Assembly (NCBI GenBank): GCA_035707945.1
Contig: DASSTK010000262.1
Location: forward strand, 1-45,539
Source of the DNA: Sphingomonas sp.
GTDB taxonomy: Bacteria; Pseudomonadota; Alphaproteobacteria; Sphingomonadales; Sphingomonadaceae
DNA length: 45,539 bases
Direction: 5' to 3'
Numbering within the stretch: position 1 is the stretch's first letter; each line of letters begins with the position of its first letter. The position numbers were made by a program, and so were the translations under genes. The notes under the pieces are model-generated. The model saw only the letters and a list, made by a program, of their open reading frames with translations, made no database searches and had not been told where the DNA came from. This document shows, piece after piece, positions 1 to 10,610 of the stretch.

Positions 1-2
1 AG

Positions 3-47
3 GCGTTCGGCTTCGTGGGCAACGAAGCCTATATGAACATCTTCTGA
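3..47 (+). CDS. 3' end of an unidentified CDS entering from the left (…AFGFVGNEAYMNIF*)
   Basis: Open frame with GC3-rich codons ending in TGA at 45-47, followed by a terminator-like hairpin. Confidence 0.5.
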   Translation, partial: AFGFVGNEAYMNIF

Positions 48-69
48 TCGGCCCGCCGATCGGGATGCG

Positions 70-103
70 AAAAGGGCGGCTCCCTTGCGGGGCCGCCCTT
101 TTT
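70..103 (+). terminator. Intrinsic terminator, probably bidirectional
   Basis: AAAAGGGCGGCTCC-cttgc-GGGGCCGCCCTTTTT: GC stem flanked by A and T tracts, lying between convergent genes. Confidence 0.8.
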
Positions 104-137
104 GTTGTGGGGCGACACCCGCCGCCCCTTTCACAAG

Positions 138-223
138 CGTCATCCCGGCGAAAGCCGGGATCTCGTGCGGATTATCACCGTTCGGCCAAGCCGATCGAGA
201 TCCCGGCTTACGCCGGGATGACG
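138..223. repeat. CGTC-type palindromic repeat dimer, copy 1
   Basis: CGTCATCCCGGCGAAAGCCGGGATCTCG … CGAGATCCCGGCTTACGCCGGGATGACG, an inverted pair of hairpins. Confidence 0.85.
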
Positions 224-266
224 GCAGTATCGGAGTGGGCGGCTGTAATCGGCAGGGCGCGACGGT

Positions 267-536
267 TCAGCCCTCCGCCTCGCTGTCCTCCTCTTCGCCG
301 CCGCGCTCGAAATAGGGTTCGACCTTGCCCTTGAGCTTGATCGTCATCGCATTGCCGTTGCGATCGAGCGAGCGGCCGGCGGCGACCTTGATCCAGCCCT
401 CGCTCACGCAATATTCCTCCACATTGGTCTTCTCGACCCCGTTGAAGCGGATGCCGACCCCGCGCGAAAGCGCCTGCGGATCGTAAAGCGGGCTGCGCGG
501 GTTGACGGAAAGGCGATCGGGCGGCGTGTCGGTCAT
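267..536 (-). CDS. DUF3297 family protein (89 aa)
   Basis: MTDTPPDRLS…GIRFNGVEKTNVEEYCVSEGW…IKLKGKVEPYF matches the family pattern; start moved to ATG 536. Confidence 0.8.
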   Translation of the reverse strand: MTDTPPDRLSVNPRSPLYDPQALSRGVGIRFNGVEKTNVEEYCVSEGWIKVAAGRSLDRNGNAMTIKLKGKVEPYFERGGEEEDSEAEG

Positions 537-600
537 CGGCTCTGTCCTGCGTGAAATGGCGTCGCGCGCGCTGATAGCGGGGGCGGACGCGCATTCCAAC

Positions 601-634
601 CTGCCGGCTGCCGGCTGCCGGCTGCCGGCTGCCG
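601..634. repeat. Heptamer tandem repeat (CTGCCGG), about 5 units
   Basis: ctgccgg x4 plus ctgccg, read directly. Confidence 0.9.
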
Positions 635-738
635 AGTGCCGCGCGTGCGGCGGCGGATTGTTGCTGCCGTGCGGAGCGGGTGCGGAACCTCTCTATCGAG
701 CGGAGGCCACCCTTGCCGGTGAGAGGGCGCGCGCCAGT

Positions 739-906
739 TGGAGCATCGAGCCCCAAATCCGGACCACTGCCGCTCGCGCTGAGGAGGGGCTGAGCCCGGA
801 CTTGATCCGGGGCCCGTCTCGAAGGACTTGTGCTTCGAGACGCCACTTCGGCTTCGCTCAGTGGCTCCTCAGCACGAACGGGTCGGATTAAACATTCCGT
901 GCTCCA
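739..906. repeat. Composite palindromic element: TGGAGCA/TGCTCCA termini enclosing a CCGTTCG-family dimer (770-881)
   Basis: Inverted termini, AATCC/GGATT inner inverted motif, and extensive identity to 16282-16498. Confidence 0.75.
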
Positions 907-943
907 GTCGTGTGGAGCGCCCCTTATAGAGCGCGGGGCGCCG

Positions 944-1023
944 CCCCCTCCGCCGCCTTCCATCGGCTGCGGCGATGGAGCCTTGACGGCTCCGCCGACC
1001 CGATGCTCCCTCAAGGGAGAGGG
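944..1023. repeat. Degenerate CCTCCC/GGGAG-family palindromic unit
   Basis: CCCCTCC… ending CTCCC-tcaa-GGGAGAGGG, resembling the units that flank the DUF559 gene. Confidence 0.45.
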
Positions 1024-1160
1024 CTTTCTTCCTCGCGAGAGCCGGCGGGCGGCGTCTGGCGGAAAGGAGGGAGGGGCGCGCGGGCCCATCCTCTTTCCCC
1101 TGCGCCCCCCCCTTGCTAAGGCCGCCCGCGACTCTCGCATTCGCAGCAAGGACATTCGCC

Positions 1161-3836
<2,676 letters not shown>

Positions 3837-3845
3837 CCCGCCTCT

Positions 3846-3928
3846 CGTCACCCCAGCGAAAGCTGGGGTCTCGTCGAGTGAGTCGTACGGCCAAGTTTCA
3901 CGAGGCCCCAGCTTTCGCTGGGGCGACG
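3846..3928. repeat. CGTC-type palindromic repeat dimer, copy 2
   Basis: CGTCACCCCAGCGAAAGCTGGGGTCTCG … CGAGGCCCCAGCTTTCGCTGGGGCGACG immediately after the acnA stop. Confidence 0.85.
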
Positions 3929-3940
3929 GCCAAGGAAGCG

Positions 3941-3959
3941 ATCCTCCCGTTGCGGGAGG
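3941..3959. repeat. Solo ATCCTCCC-loop-GGGAGG hairpin
   Basis: ATCCTCCC-gttgc-GGGAGG, same terminus as the unit at 23660. Confidence 0.5.
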
Positions 3960-3983
3960 CGGAGGTGGGCGGGAGGACAAGCG

Positions 3984-4403
3984 ATGGCTATGAACCGGCC
4001 CGAGGATGCGCCGGCGGCGTTTCAGGCCGCCTGGAATGCGCATGACATGGCGGCGCTGGGCGCCCTGTTCCATGCCGACGCGACCTTCGTGAACCGTTTC
4101 GGCCATTATGTGCGGGGCGTCGACGCGATCGTCGCGCTGCATCGCCCGATCCATGAGACGATCTATCGCGGGTCCACGCTGAGCAACGAGCTGATCGACG
4201 CCGTTCCGATCGGAGACGGGGCGGCGGTGGTCCATTTCTGGAGCCGCCTCGCGGTCGGCGCGGAGCATCCGGCGGGACCGCACGAGGTGGATACGCTGAT
4301 CCTCGCCGTGCTGGTGCGGCGCGACGGCGACTGGCGGATTCAGGCGCTGGAGAATGTGACGCTGACGGACCCCCGCACGGGAGAACTTGTCCTGCGGGGC
4401 TGA
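3984..4403 (+). CDS. SnoaL/NTF2-like protein (SgcJ/EcaC family)
   Basis: AWNAHDM…LFHADATFVN…G…GVDAI…H…LVRRDGDWRI pattern; GGAGG RBS. Confidence 0.8.
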   Translation: MAMNRPEDAPAAFQAAWNAHDMAALGALFHADATFVNRFGHYVRGVDAIVALHRPIHETIYRGSTLSNELIDAVPIGDGAAVVHFWSRLAVGAEHPAGPHEVDTLILAVLVRRDGDWRIQALENVTLTDPRTGELVLRG

Positions 4404-4432
4404 GGGGAGCGGACCAGCCCAATCCTCCAGGA

Positions 4433-4693
4433 TCAGGGGCGATCGCCTGGGGACGTCGTATCGAAGCGCGCTTCGCCGATCGCGCCGGGGTTGCGGCGGA
4501 TGAGGCGGACGAGGGCGATCGCGCCGCCGACCGTCAACACCACGATCAGCGCGAGCAGCGCCCAGTCGATCGGCTCCATGCGATAGTTGGCGGCCATGCC
4601 CGCCGCTCCGGCGAGGCCGGTCAGCACCACCATCGTCACCGCCGCCGCGATGCCGCTGCGCCCGCTCGGGCGGGTCTGAACCTGCTTGGTCAC
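4433..4693 (-). CDS. Small protein with two hydrophobic segments (86 aa), hypothetical
   Basis: GTG start overlaps the ygfZ stop (GTGA); two hydrophobic stretches. Confidence 0.6.
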   Translation of the reverse strand: MTKQVQTRPSGRSGIAAAVTMVVLTGLAGAAGMAANYRMEPIDWALLALIVVLTVGGAIALVRLIRRNPGAIGEARFDTTSPGDRP

Positions 4694-5454
4694 GCCGTCT
4701 CCTCCTCCTCGATCGCGCGGGCGAACCAGTCCGGCAGCAGCGGTCGGGCCTCCACGGCTCCGAGCCTGATCGTCTCCGCCCCACGCAACTGTTCGACCCG
4801 GACCAGCGCCACCGCAAGCCCCAACTCCGGATACCATGCCCGCGCCGCCTCGCCGGGGTCTTCCGCCGCCTCCAGCACCGTCAGGCGGCGGTTGATCTTG
4901 TGTCGCCAGTTCATCCGGGCGGTGTTCTCCTGCCCCACATAGCAGCCTTTGGCGAAGCTGACGCCGTTCAGCTCGATCGCATTGGTCTCCAGCCACAGCG
5001 TCTTGTCGGAACCCAGCTCGGCGACGCCTTCGGTCACGCCCAGCCGCAGGCGGTGCGCGCGCCAGGCGTCGTCGGCGGATTGGCCCTCGGGCTCGCCCAG
5101 ACGGCGGCGGCCGAGCGCGGGCAGGCGGGGATCGCCCGTTCCCTCCGCCGTCCAGTGCACGCCGAGCGACTCGTCGCGCGCGATCGTGATGGCGCGGCGC
5201 AGGCGGTAGAGGCTCAGCCGCTTCGCCAGCGCCTCGGCCTGCGCGGCCTCGCAATCGACGAGCACGTCCGCGCCGTCCGCCCACAGCAGGAAATCGAACA
5301 GCGCCTTGCCCTGCGCGGTGAGCAGCCCGGCCCAGACCGGGCCCTGATCGAGCAGCCGCACGTCGTTGGTGACGAGACCCTGGAGGAAGCCGCGCACGTC
5401 CTCGCCGGACAGGCGGACCACGGCGCGGGAGGAGAGGAGGGTGGCGGCGGTCAT
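4690..5454 (-). CDS. ygfZ: Folate-binding Fe-S repair protein, YgfZ/GcvT family
   Basis: KGCYVGQE signature; N-terminal GEDVRGFLQGLVTNDV. Confidence 0.92.
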   Translation of the reverse strand: MTAATLLSSRAVVRLSGEDVRGFLQGLVTNDVRLLDQGPVWAGLLTAQGKALFDFLLWADGADVLVDCEAAQAEALAKRLSLYRLRRAITIARDESLGVHWTAEGTGDPRLPALGRRRLGEPEGQSADDAWRAHRLRLGVTEGVAELGSDKTLWLETNAIELNGVSFAKGCYVGQENTARMNWRHKINRRLTVLEAAEDPGEAARAWYPELGLAVALVRVEQLRGAETIRLGAVEARPLLPDWFARAIEEEETA

Positions 5455-5490
5455 GGAGGGAAGGTAGGAGGGAAGGGCGTATAAGCAAAC

Positions 5491-5527
5491 CCGTTCGTGT
5501 CGAGCGCAGTCGAGCGGGGACGAACGG
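5491..5527. repeat. Minimal or collapsed CCGTTCG-family element
   Basis: CCGTTCGTGTCGAGCGCAGTCGAG…CGAACGG. Confidence 0.7.
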
Positions 5528-5536
5528 AGGCTCCCT

Positions 5537-6868
5537 ATGGCTCGGACTTACGATCTCATCCTCAAGGGCGGCACCGTCTGGACCCCGAGCGGACCGTTCG
5601 AAACCTCCGTCGGGGTGCGGGACGGCCGGATCGTGGAAATCGGCGTGTCGGGCGATGCGGGGGAGGTGGTGGATTGCACGGGGCTCACCGTGCTGCCGGG
5701 GGTGATCGACAGCCAGGTCCATTTCCGCGAGCCGGGGCTGGAGCATAAGGAGGATCTCGAATCGGGCAGCCGATCGGCGGTGCTGGGCGGCGTCACCGCC
5801 GTGTTCGAGATGCCCAATACGAAGCCGAACACCGATTCGGCCGAGGCGCTGGCCGAGAAGCTGCGCCGGGCGAAGGATCGCATGTGGTGCGATCACGCCT
5901 TCTATGTCGGCGCGACCGCGGCCAACGCCACCCAGCTCGGCGAGCTGGAGATGCTGCCGGGCGCGGCGGGGGTGAAGGTGTTCATGGGCGCCTCCACCGG
6001 CGACCTGCTCGTCTCCGACGACAGGGAGCTGGCGCGCGTGCTCGCCCACGGCCGCAGGCGGGTCGCCATCCACGCCGAGGACGAGGAGCGGATGCAGGCG
6101 CGGGCGCATCTGCGGGTGGAGGGCGATCCTTCCTCCCACCCCGTCTGGCGGGACGATGAAAGCGCGATGCTGGCGACGCGGCGGATCGTGGGGCTGGCGC
6201 GGGAGGCGGGGCGGCGCATCCATGTGCTCCACATCACCACCCCGGCCGAGCTGGAGTTTCTGGCGCAGAACAAGGACATCGCCACCTGCGAGGTGACGCC
6301 CCAGCATCTGACGCTGGCGGGCGAGGAGGCGTACCCCAAGGTGGGGACCTACGCGCAGATGAACCCGCCGATCCGCTCCGCCGCGCACCGCGAGGGGCTG
6401 TGGCATTGGCTGCGGCAGGGCGTGCCGGACGTGCTCGGCTCCGATCACGCGCCGCACACGCGCGAGGAGAAGGCGAAGACCTATCCCGCCACGCCCTCGG
6501 GGATGCCCGGCGTGCAGACGCTGATCCCGCTGATGCTCGATCATATCGCCCACGGGCGGCTGACCATGCAGCGCTTCATCGACCTGACCTCGGCCGGCCC
6601 GCAGCGCATCTTCAACCTGGTGAACAAGGGCCGGATCGCGCCCGGCTACGACGCCGATTTCACCGTGGTCGACCTGAAGGCGCGCTGGATCGTCGAGGAG
6701 CAATGGCTCGCCTCGCGCGCCGGCTGGTCGCCCTTCGTCGGCATGGACCTGACCGGCAAGCCGGTCGGCGCCTTCGTGCGCGGCCGCAAGGTGATGTGGG
6801 AAGGCGAGCTGGCGGACACCGCCCACGGCCGCCCGGTGCGCTTCCAGGAGACGTATCGGCCGGAATAG
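5537..6868 (+). CDS. pyrC: Dihydroorotase
   Basis: PGVIDSQVHFREPG, EMPNT, HAED, MNPPIR and SDHAPH amidohydrolase motifs. Confidence 0.92.
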   Translation: MARTYDLILKGGTVWTPSGPFETSVGVRDGRIVEIGVSGDAGEVVDCTGLTVLPGVIDSQVHFREPGLEHKEDLESGSRSAVLGGVTAVFEMPNTKPNTDSAEALAEKLRRAKDRMWCDHAFYVGATAANATQLGELEMLPGAAGVKVFMGASTGDLLVSDDRELARVLAHGRRRVAIHAEDEERMQARAHLRVEGDPSSHPVWRDDESAMLATRRIVGLAREAGRRIHVLHITTPAELEFLAQNKDIATCEVTPQHLTLAGEEAYPKVGTYAQMNPPIRSAAHREGLWHWLRQGVPDVLGSDHAPHTREEKAKTYPATPSGMPGVQTLIPLMLDHIAHGRLTMQRFIDLTSAGPQRIFNLVNKGRIAPGYDADFTVVDLKARWIVEEQWLASRAGWSPFVGMDLTGKPVGAFVRGRKVMWEGELADTAHGRPVRFQETYRPE

Positions 6869-6880
6869 GCGATGAGCGGG

Positions 6881-6947
6881 ATTGCGAGCAGTTCGCAATT
6901 GCGTTGACTGAACAGCGGACCTGCGCTCTATTGCGAATGAATCGCAA
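6881..6947 (+). promoter_or_regulatory. Two Fur-alpha-like boxes flanking a TTGACT -35 element
   Basis: ATTGCGA-gcagt-TCGCAAT (6881-6899), TTGACT (6904-6909), TTGCGA-atgaa-TCGCAA (6931-6947). Confidence 0.65.
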
Positions 6948-6960
6948 GACGGAGGGCGCC

Positions 6961-7401
6961 ATGTATGATTTCGTCGACAGGCCCGTGGCCCTGCTCGGGC
7001 CGGGAGGGCGCTTCCTGCTCGCGGCGATGCGGGGCTGGATACAGGCGGCGACGCTCCGCCGCTGCCCGCCGGGCGCGCTGGCCCCGGCCTTCGCGCGTCA
7101 TGGCGTGCTGCCGGCGCTCGCGCCCGTGCATCAGCTGATGACCGCGCTCAACCGGCAGGGGCGGCAGACCATCGCCTTCGCGCCGCCCGCCTGCGCGCGC
7201 ATCTCCGAAGGCGAGGCGGTGCTGCTCCAGCTCTGGCGCGATGCGGCGCAGGCGCCCGAGCGGGCGGAGCGGACGCTGGAGCTGCTGGTCGAGGCGGAAG
7301 CGGTCGGCCCGGCCCTGGTGGCGATGGTGATGACGGTGTGCCGATTGTGGGAAGGCGGCCTCGCGCCGGTGGAGGCCATCCGGGCGACGAGCGGCGGATG
7401 A
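6961..7401 (+). CDS. Hypothetical protein (146 aa, MYDFVDRPV…)
   Basis: GGAGGG RBS before ATG 6961; fills the gap between pyrC and the ABC gene. Confidence 0.7.
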   Translation: MYDFVDRPVALLGPGGRFLLAAMRGWIQAATLRRCPPGALAPAFARHGVLPALAPVHQLMTALNRQGRQTIAFAPPACARISEGEAVLLQLWRDAAQAPERAERTLELLVEAEAVGPALVAMVMTVCRLWEGGLAPVEAIRATSGG

Positions 7402-7407
7402 TTCCGG

Positions 7408-9204
7408 TCAGGCCGCCTCGAACTGCAGCTTCGCCAGCCGCGCGTAGAGGCCGCTTCCCGCGAACAGCTCGTCATGCGTGCCCTGCTCGACGATGCGGCC
7501 GGCCTCCATCACCACGATGCGATCGGCCTTGCGGACGGTGGCGAGGCGGTGGGCGATGACCATGGTGGTGCGGTCCGCCATCAGCCGGTCGAGCGCGTCC
7601 TGCACCAGCCGCTCGCTTTCGGCGTCCAGCGCGGAGGTGGCCTCGTCGAGCAGGAGAAGGGGCGCGTCCCTCAGCAGCGCGCGGGCGATGGCGACGCGCT
7701 GGCGCTGCCCGCCGGACAGGCGCGCCCCCGCTTCGCCGAGGAACGTATCCAGCCCTTCCGGCAGCGCGCGCAGGAACTCCGCCGCGTTGGCGGCCTCCGC
7801 CGCCGCCCAGATCGCCGCGTCGTCGGCGTTCCAGCGGCCGTAGCGCAGATTATCCCGCGCGGAAGCGGCGAAGATCACCGTTTCCTGCGGCACCATCGCG
7901 ATGCGTTCGCGGATCGCGGCGGGATCGGCGTCCGGCAGCGCCACGCCATCGAGCAGGATGCGGCCCTTCCGCGGATCGTAGAAGCGCTGGGCGAGTTGCA
8001 CCAGGGTCGACTTGCCCGCGCCCGAGGGGCCGACGATCGCCACCATCTCGCCGGGCGGAATCGCGAGCGAGAAATCATCGAGCGCGGAAACGTCCGGCCG
8101 GGTCGGGTAATGGAAGGTGACATGCTCGAACACGAGGCTGCCGCGCGCCGGCTCGGGGAGCGGGACGGGGTGGGGCGGAGCCTTGATCTCCGGCCGCTGC
8201 ACCAGCAGCTCGGACAAGCGGCCGGCCGCGCCCGCGCCGCGCAGCAGATCGCCATAGACTTCGGCGAGCGACCCGAACGCGCCCGCCACGATGCCCGCGG
8301 TCAGCACGAAAGCCGCGATCGCGCCGCCGGACATGCGGCCGTTCGCCACGTCGATCGCGCCGTCCCACAGAATGAGCGTGATCGCGCCGAACATCAGGCC
8401 GATGACGATCGCGGTCATGATCGCGCGGATGACGATGCGGCGCTTGGCGGTGGAGAAGACGCTCTCGACCGCGGCGCGGAAGCGGCCGCCCTCGCGCGCT
8501 TCCTGCCCGAAAGCCTGGACGATCTTCATCGCGCCCAGCGTCTCGGTGGCGATCGCGCCGACATCGGCGATGCGATCCTGCGAGGACCGCGAGAAGCTGC
8601 GGACGCGGCGGCCGAGGATCAGGATCGGCCCCATCACCAGCGGCAGGCCGATGACCAGGAACAGCGCCAGCTTCACGCTCAGCACGAACAGGAAGATGAT
8701 GCCGCCGACGAAGGTGAAGAGGTTGCGCAGCGCCACCGAGACGGTGGAGGCCACCACCTGCTCGATCAGCGTGGTGTCCGACGTCAGGCGCGAGGCGATC
8801 TCGGAGGGCCGGTTCTCCTCGAAGAAGCCGGGCGCAAGCGTAAGCAGATTATCCTGCACCTCGACGCGCAGATCCGCCACCACCCGCTCGCCGAGCCAGG
8901 AGACGAACCAGAAGCGGAACGCCGTCGCCAGCGCCAGCACGCCGACGATCATCAGCAGATAATGAAAGGAGGTGGAGACGCCGTGCGGATCGACCCCGGC
9001 CGAAAAGCCGCGATCGATCACCCGCTTGAAGCCGTAGGGTATGCCGAGCGTCGCCGCCGAGGAGACGGTGAGCGCGCAGATCGCGCCGGCGACATGGCCG
9101 GGGTAACGCAGCGAACGCGCCCAGACCAACCGGAGATTGCCCAGCTTGCGTTCCCTGGGATCGGTCGGCACGTCCGGGCGGACGGATCGGGGAGATCGGG
9201 CCAT
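7408..9204 (-). CDS. ABC exporter, fused permease/ATPase (MsbA-related)
   Basis: TM domain, Walker A GPSGAGKS, LSGGQRQR, LLLDEATSALD, IAHRL; start set at ATG 9204. Confidence 0.93.
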   Translation of the reverse strand: MARSPRSVRPDVPTDPRERKLGNLRLVWARSLRYPGHVAGAICALTVSSAATLGIPYGFKRVIDRGFSAGVDPHGVSTSFHYLLMIVGVLALATAFRFWFVSWLGERVVADLRVEVQDNLLTLAPGFFEENRPSEIASRLTSDTTLIEQVVASTVSVALRNLFTFVGGIIFLFVLSVKLALFLVIGLPLVMGPILILGRRVRSFSRSSQDRIADVGAIATETLGAMKIVQAFGQEAREGGRFRAAVESVFSTAKRRIVIRAIMTAIVIGLMFGAITLILWDGAIDVANGRMSGGAIAAFVLTAGIVAGAFGSLAEVYGDLLRGAGAAGRLSELLVQRPEIKAPPHPVPLPEPARGSLVFEHVTFHYPTRPDVSALDDFSLAIPPGEMVAIVGPSGAGKSTLVQLAQRFYDPRKGRILLDGVALPDADPAAIRERIAMVPQETVIFAASARDNLRYGRWNADDAAIWAAAEAANAAEFLRALPEGLDTFLGEAGARLSGGQRQRVAIARALLRDAPLLLLDEATSALDAESERLVQDALDRLMADRTTMVIAHRLATVRKADRIVVMEAGRIVEQGTHDELFAGSGLYARLAKLQFEAA

Positions 9205-9389
9205 GTCCAAACCGCCTAGGTCGATTCCGCCCGGATTGGAATAGCCGCCGCGGCCTTTCGGGCCGATACGCTGGACAGCGCGCCGCCCGACGCCCATGTT
9301 GCATCCGCGAAGGCGCGCTTGAGTTCAGGGCGCGGAAGGCTTTACCGTGGCGGCCGGGCGCGGGGGAACGCCCCGATCGGGAGAATGAT

Positions 9390-10610
9390 TTGCTTTACGA
9401 CGCCTATGAAATGCAGCGGTCCTGGCTGTCGGGGGCCAGCCTGATCGCGAATCTCGGCTCGGGATGGATGCAGAATCCGGCCAATCCGATGGCCCACACC
9501 CCCTTCGGGCCGATGATCGCCTCCGGGCTGGACGTATTCGCCCACGCGGCGCAACCGCGCGGCAAGCCCAAGTTCGGGCTGGACACCGCCTTGATCGACG
9601 GCAGGATCGTCCCGGTTTCCGAGGAGGTGGTGCTCCGCAAGCCGTTCGGCCAGCTCAAGCATTTCCGCCGGGCGGGCGTGGAGGGCGGGCCGAAGCTGCT
9701 GATCGTCGCCCCGATGTCCGGCCACTACGCCACCTTGTTGCGCGGCACGGTGGAGCGGATGCTGCCCTTCGCCGACGTGTTCATCACCGATTGGCGGGAC
9801 GCCAAGCTCGTGCCGCTCGATCAGGGCCATTTCGATCTCGACGACTATATCGATTATCTGATCGAGTATCTGGAGGCGATCGGCCCCGGCGCGCATGTGC
9901 TGGCGGTCTGCCAGCCGGCGGTGCCGGCTTACGCCGCCGCCTGCCGGATGAACGCGGACAGGCATTCCTGCCGCCCGCGCACGCTCACCATGATGGGCGG
10001 CCCGATCGACACGCGCAAAGCCCCCACCGTCGTCAACACCGTGGCGACGCAGCGGCCGCTCGCCTGGTTCGAGCAGAATGTGATCGCCACCGTCCCCTTC
10101 TATTATCCCGGCGCGGGGCGGAAGGTGTATCCGGGGTTCCTCCAGCTCGCCGGCTTCATGGCGATGAACCTCGGCAATCACCTGATGAGCCATTACCGCA
10201 TGTTCCAGCAGCTCGTCGAAGGCGACGGCGAACATGCCGATGCGACCAAGGCCTTCTATGAGGAATATCGCTCGGTCTGCGACATGACCGAGGAGTTCTA
10301 CATCCAGACGATCGAGGACGTGTTCCAGAAGCACAAGCTGCCGCGCGGGCTGCTGCGCCATCACGGCCGCAAGATCGATCCCGCCGCGATCACCGACACC
10401 GCGCTGCTGGCGATCGAAGGCGAGCGGGACGATATTTCCGGCATCGGCCAGACCAAGGCCGCGCTCACCCTGGCGACCGCCCTGCCCGATGAGGACAAGA
10501 GCTATTTCCTCGCGCGCGGGGTGGGCCATTACGGCATCTTCAACGGCCGCCGCTGGCGCGAGGTGATCGCGCCCGTGGTGGAGGAGTGGATCACCAGCCA
10601 TGGCGGCTGA
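9390..10610 (+). CDS. phaZ: Intracellular polyhydroxyalkanoate depolymerase
   Basis: APMSGHYATLLRGTV, AVCQP, YPGFLQL, EGERDDISG and GHYGIFNG motifs. Confidence 0.92.
   Translation: MLYDAYEMQRSWLSGASLIANLGSGWMQNPANPMAHTPFGPMIASGLDVFAHAAQPRGKPKFGLDTALIDGRIVPVSEEVVLRKPFGQLKHFRRAGVEGGPKLLIVAPMSGHYATLLRGTVERMLPFADVFITDWRDAKLVPLDQGHFDLDDYIDYLIEYLEAIGPGAHVLAVCQPAVPAYAAACRMNADRHSCRPRTLTMMGGPIDTRKAPTVVNTVATQRPLAWFEQNVIATVPFYYPGAGRKVYPGFLQLAGFMAMNLGNHLMSHYRMFQQLVEGDGEHADATKAFYEEYRSVCDMTEEFYIQTIEDVFQKHKLPRGLLRHHGRKIDPAAITDTALLAIEGERDDISGIGQTKAALTLATALPDEDKSYFLARGVGHYGIFNGRRWREVIAPVVEEWITSHGG

Noticed and set aside
537-1160. tRNA, riboswitch or small ORF in the long DUF3297-acnA gap
   Set aside because: No tRNA arms or riboswitch consensus recognised; the length is largely explained by repeats. 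An Rfam scan would be needed to exclude an sRNA.
9296-9312. Possible PhaR site upstream of phaZ (TTGCATCCGCGA)
   Set aside because: Match too weak to support without a PWM.
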